Positions 63,751 through 64,000 of a stretch of 64,000 bases of DNA are shown piece by piece (positions within the stretch are counted from its first letter, which is position 1; each line of letters starts with the position of its first letter). A program made the translations under genes and the position numbers. The stretch comes from Podarcis liolepis (Eukaryota), in the NCBI GenBank assembly GCA_965112155.1, contig OZ218105.1. One strand, written 5' to 3'. A model generated the notes under the pieces. The model was not told the DNA's origin, made no database searches, and saw only the letters and a program-made list of their open reading frames with translations.

Positions 63751-64000
63751 ATTCACTTGGGGGTTGTATACCCTCCAACATTTCTCCTGGTTTTCTCTGA
63801 GGAAAAGTAGGACATTCCAGGAGTAAAATGGAAACTGGGATGGCTTCTGTAAATCTGGGACTGTCCCTGAAAAATAGGGACACTTGGAGGGTCTGAAGTC
63901 CTACTTTGATGGCACTACTTAAGCTGATGCAAGAGATTTAGACTGGAATAATAGAAAGTATTATCGCTTTGTCATAAGACTTGGCCTAACTTATTGCCAG

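Larger units (their letters stand above)
63273..63895. mobile_element. Composite hAT-like element containing an L2 tail and a Tc2-like MITE
   Basis: TIR CATACCCTCCAA / TTGGAGGGTCTG; AAGTCC on both flanks; second left end near 63768. Confidence 0.72.

Overview
This is eukaryotic, repeat-rich genomic DNA from a squamate reptile. Sauria SINEs, a POM-type tRNA-Lys SINE and BovB point to a lacertid lizard such as Podarcis (inference). The window appears to lie entirely inside the minus-strand gene FARS2 (mitochondrial phenylalanyl-tRNA synthetase). Two coding exons are visible: 36036-35876 (161 bp, equivalent to human exon 5) and 19958-19807 (152 bp, equivalent to human exon 6, missed by the ORF track). 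The rest is intron. It holds 12 Sauria SINEs of several subfamilies, BovB/L1/L2/CR1 fragments, many Tc1/mariner(pogo)-type and hAT-type MITEs, a probable solo LTR and microsatellites. The most unusual element is a ~190-bp Penelope-like retroelement remnant at 14938-15130. It carries an intact-looking minimal hammerhead ribozyme, and its inverted arm begins almost exactly at the predicted self-cleavage site. Other points of interest are a chimeric SINE dimer under one TSD, several nested insertions that give a relative chronology, and a composite MITE. TE family names come from recognition of motifs, not from database searches. I found no convincing novel protein-coding system.
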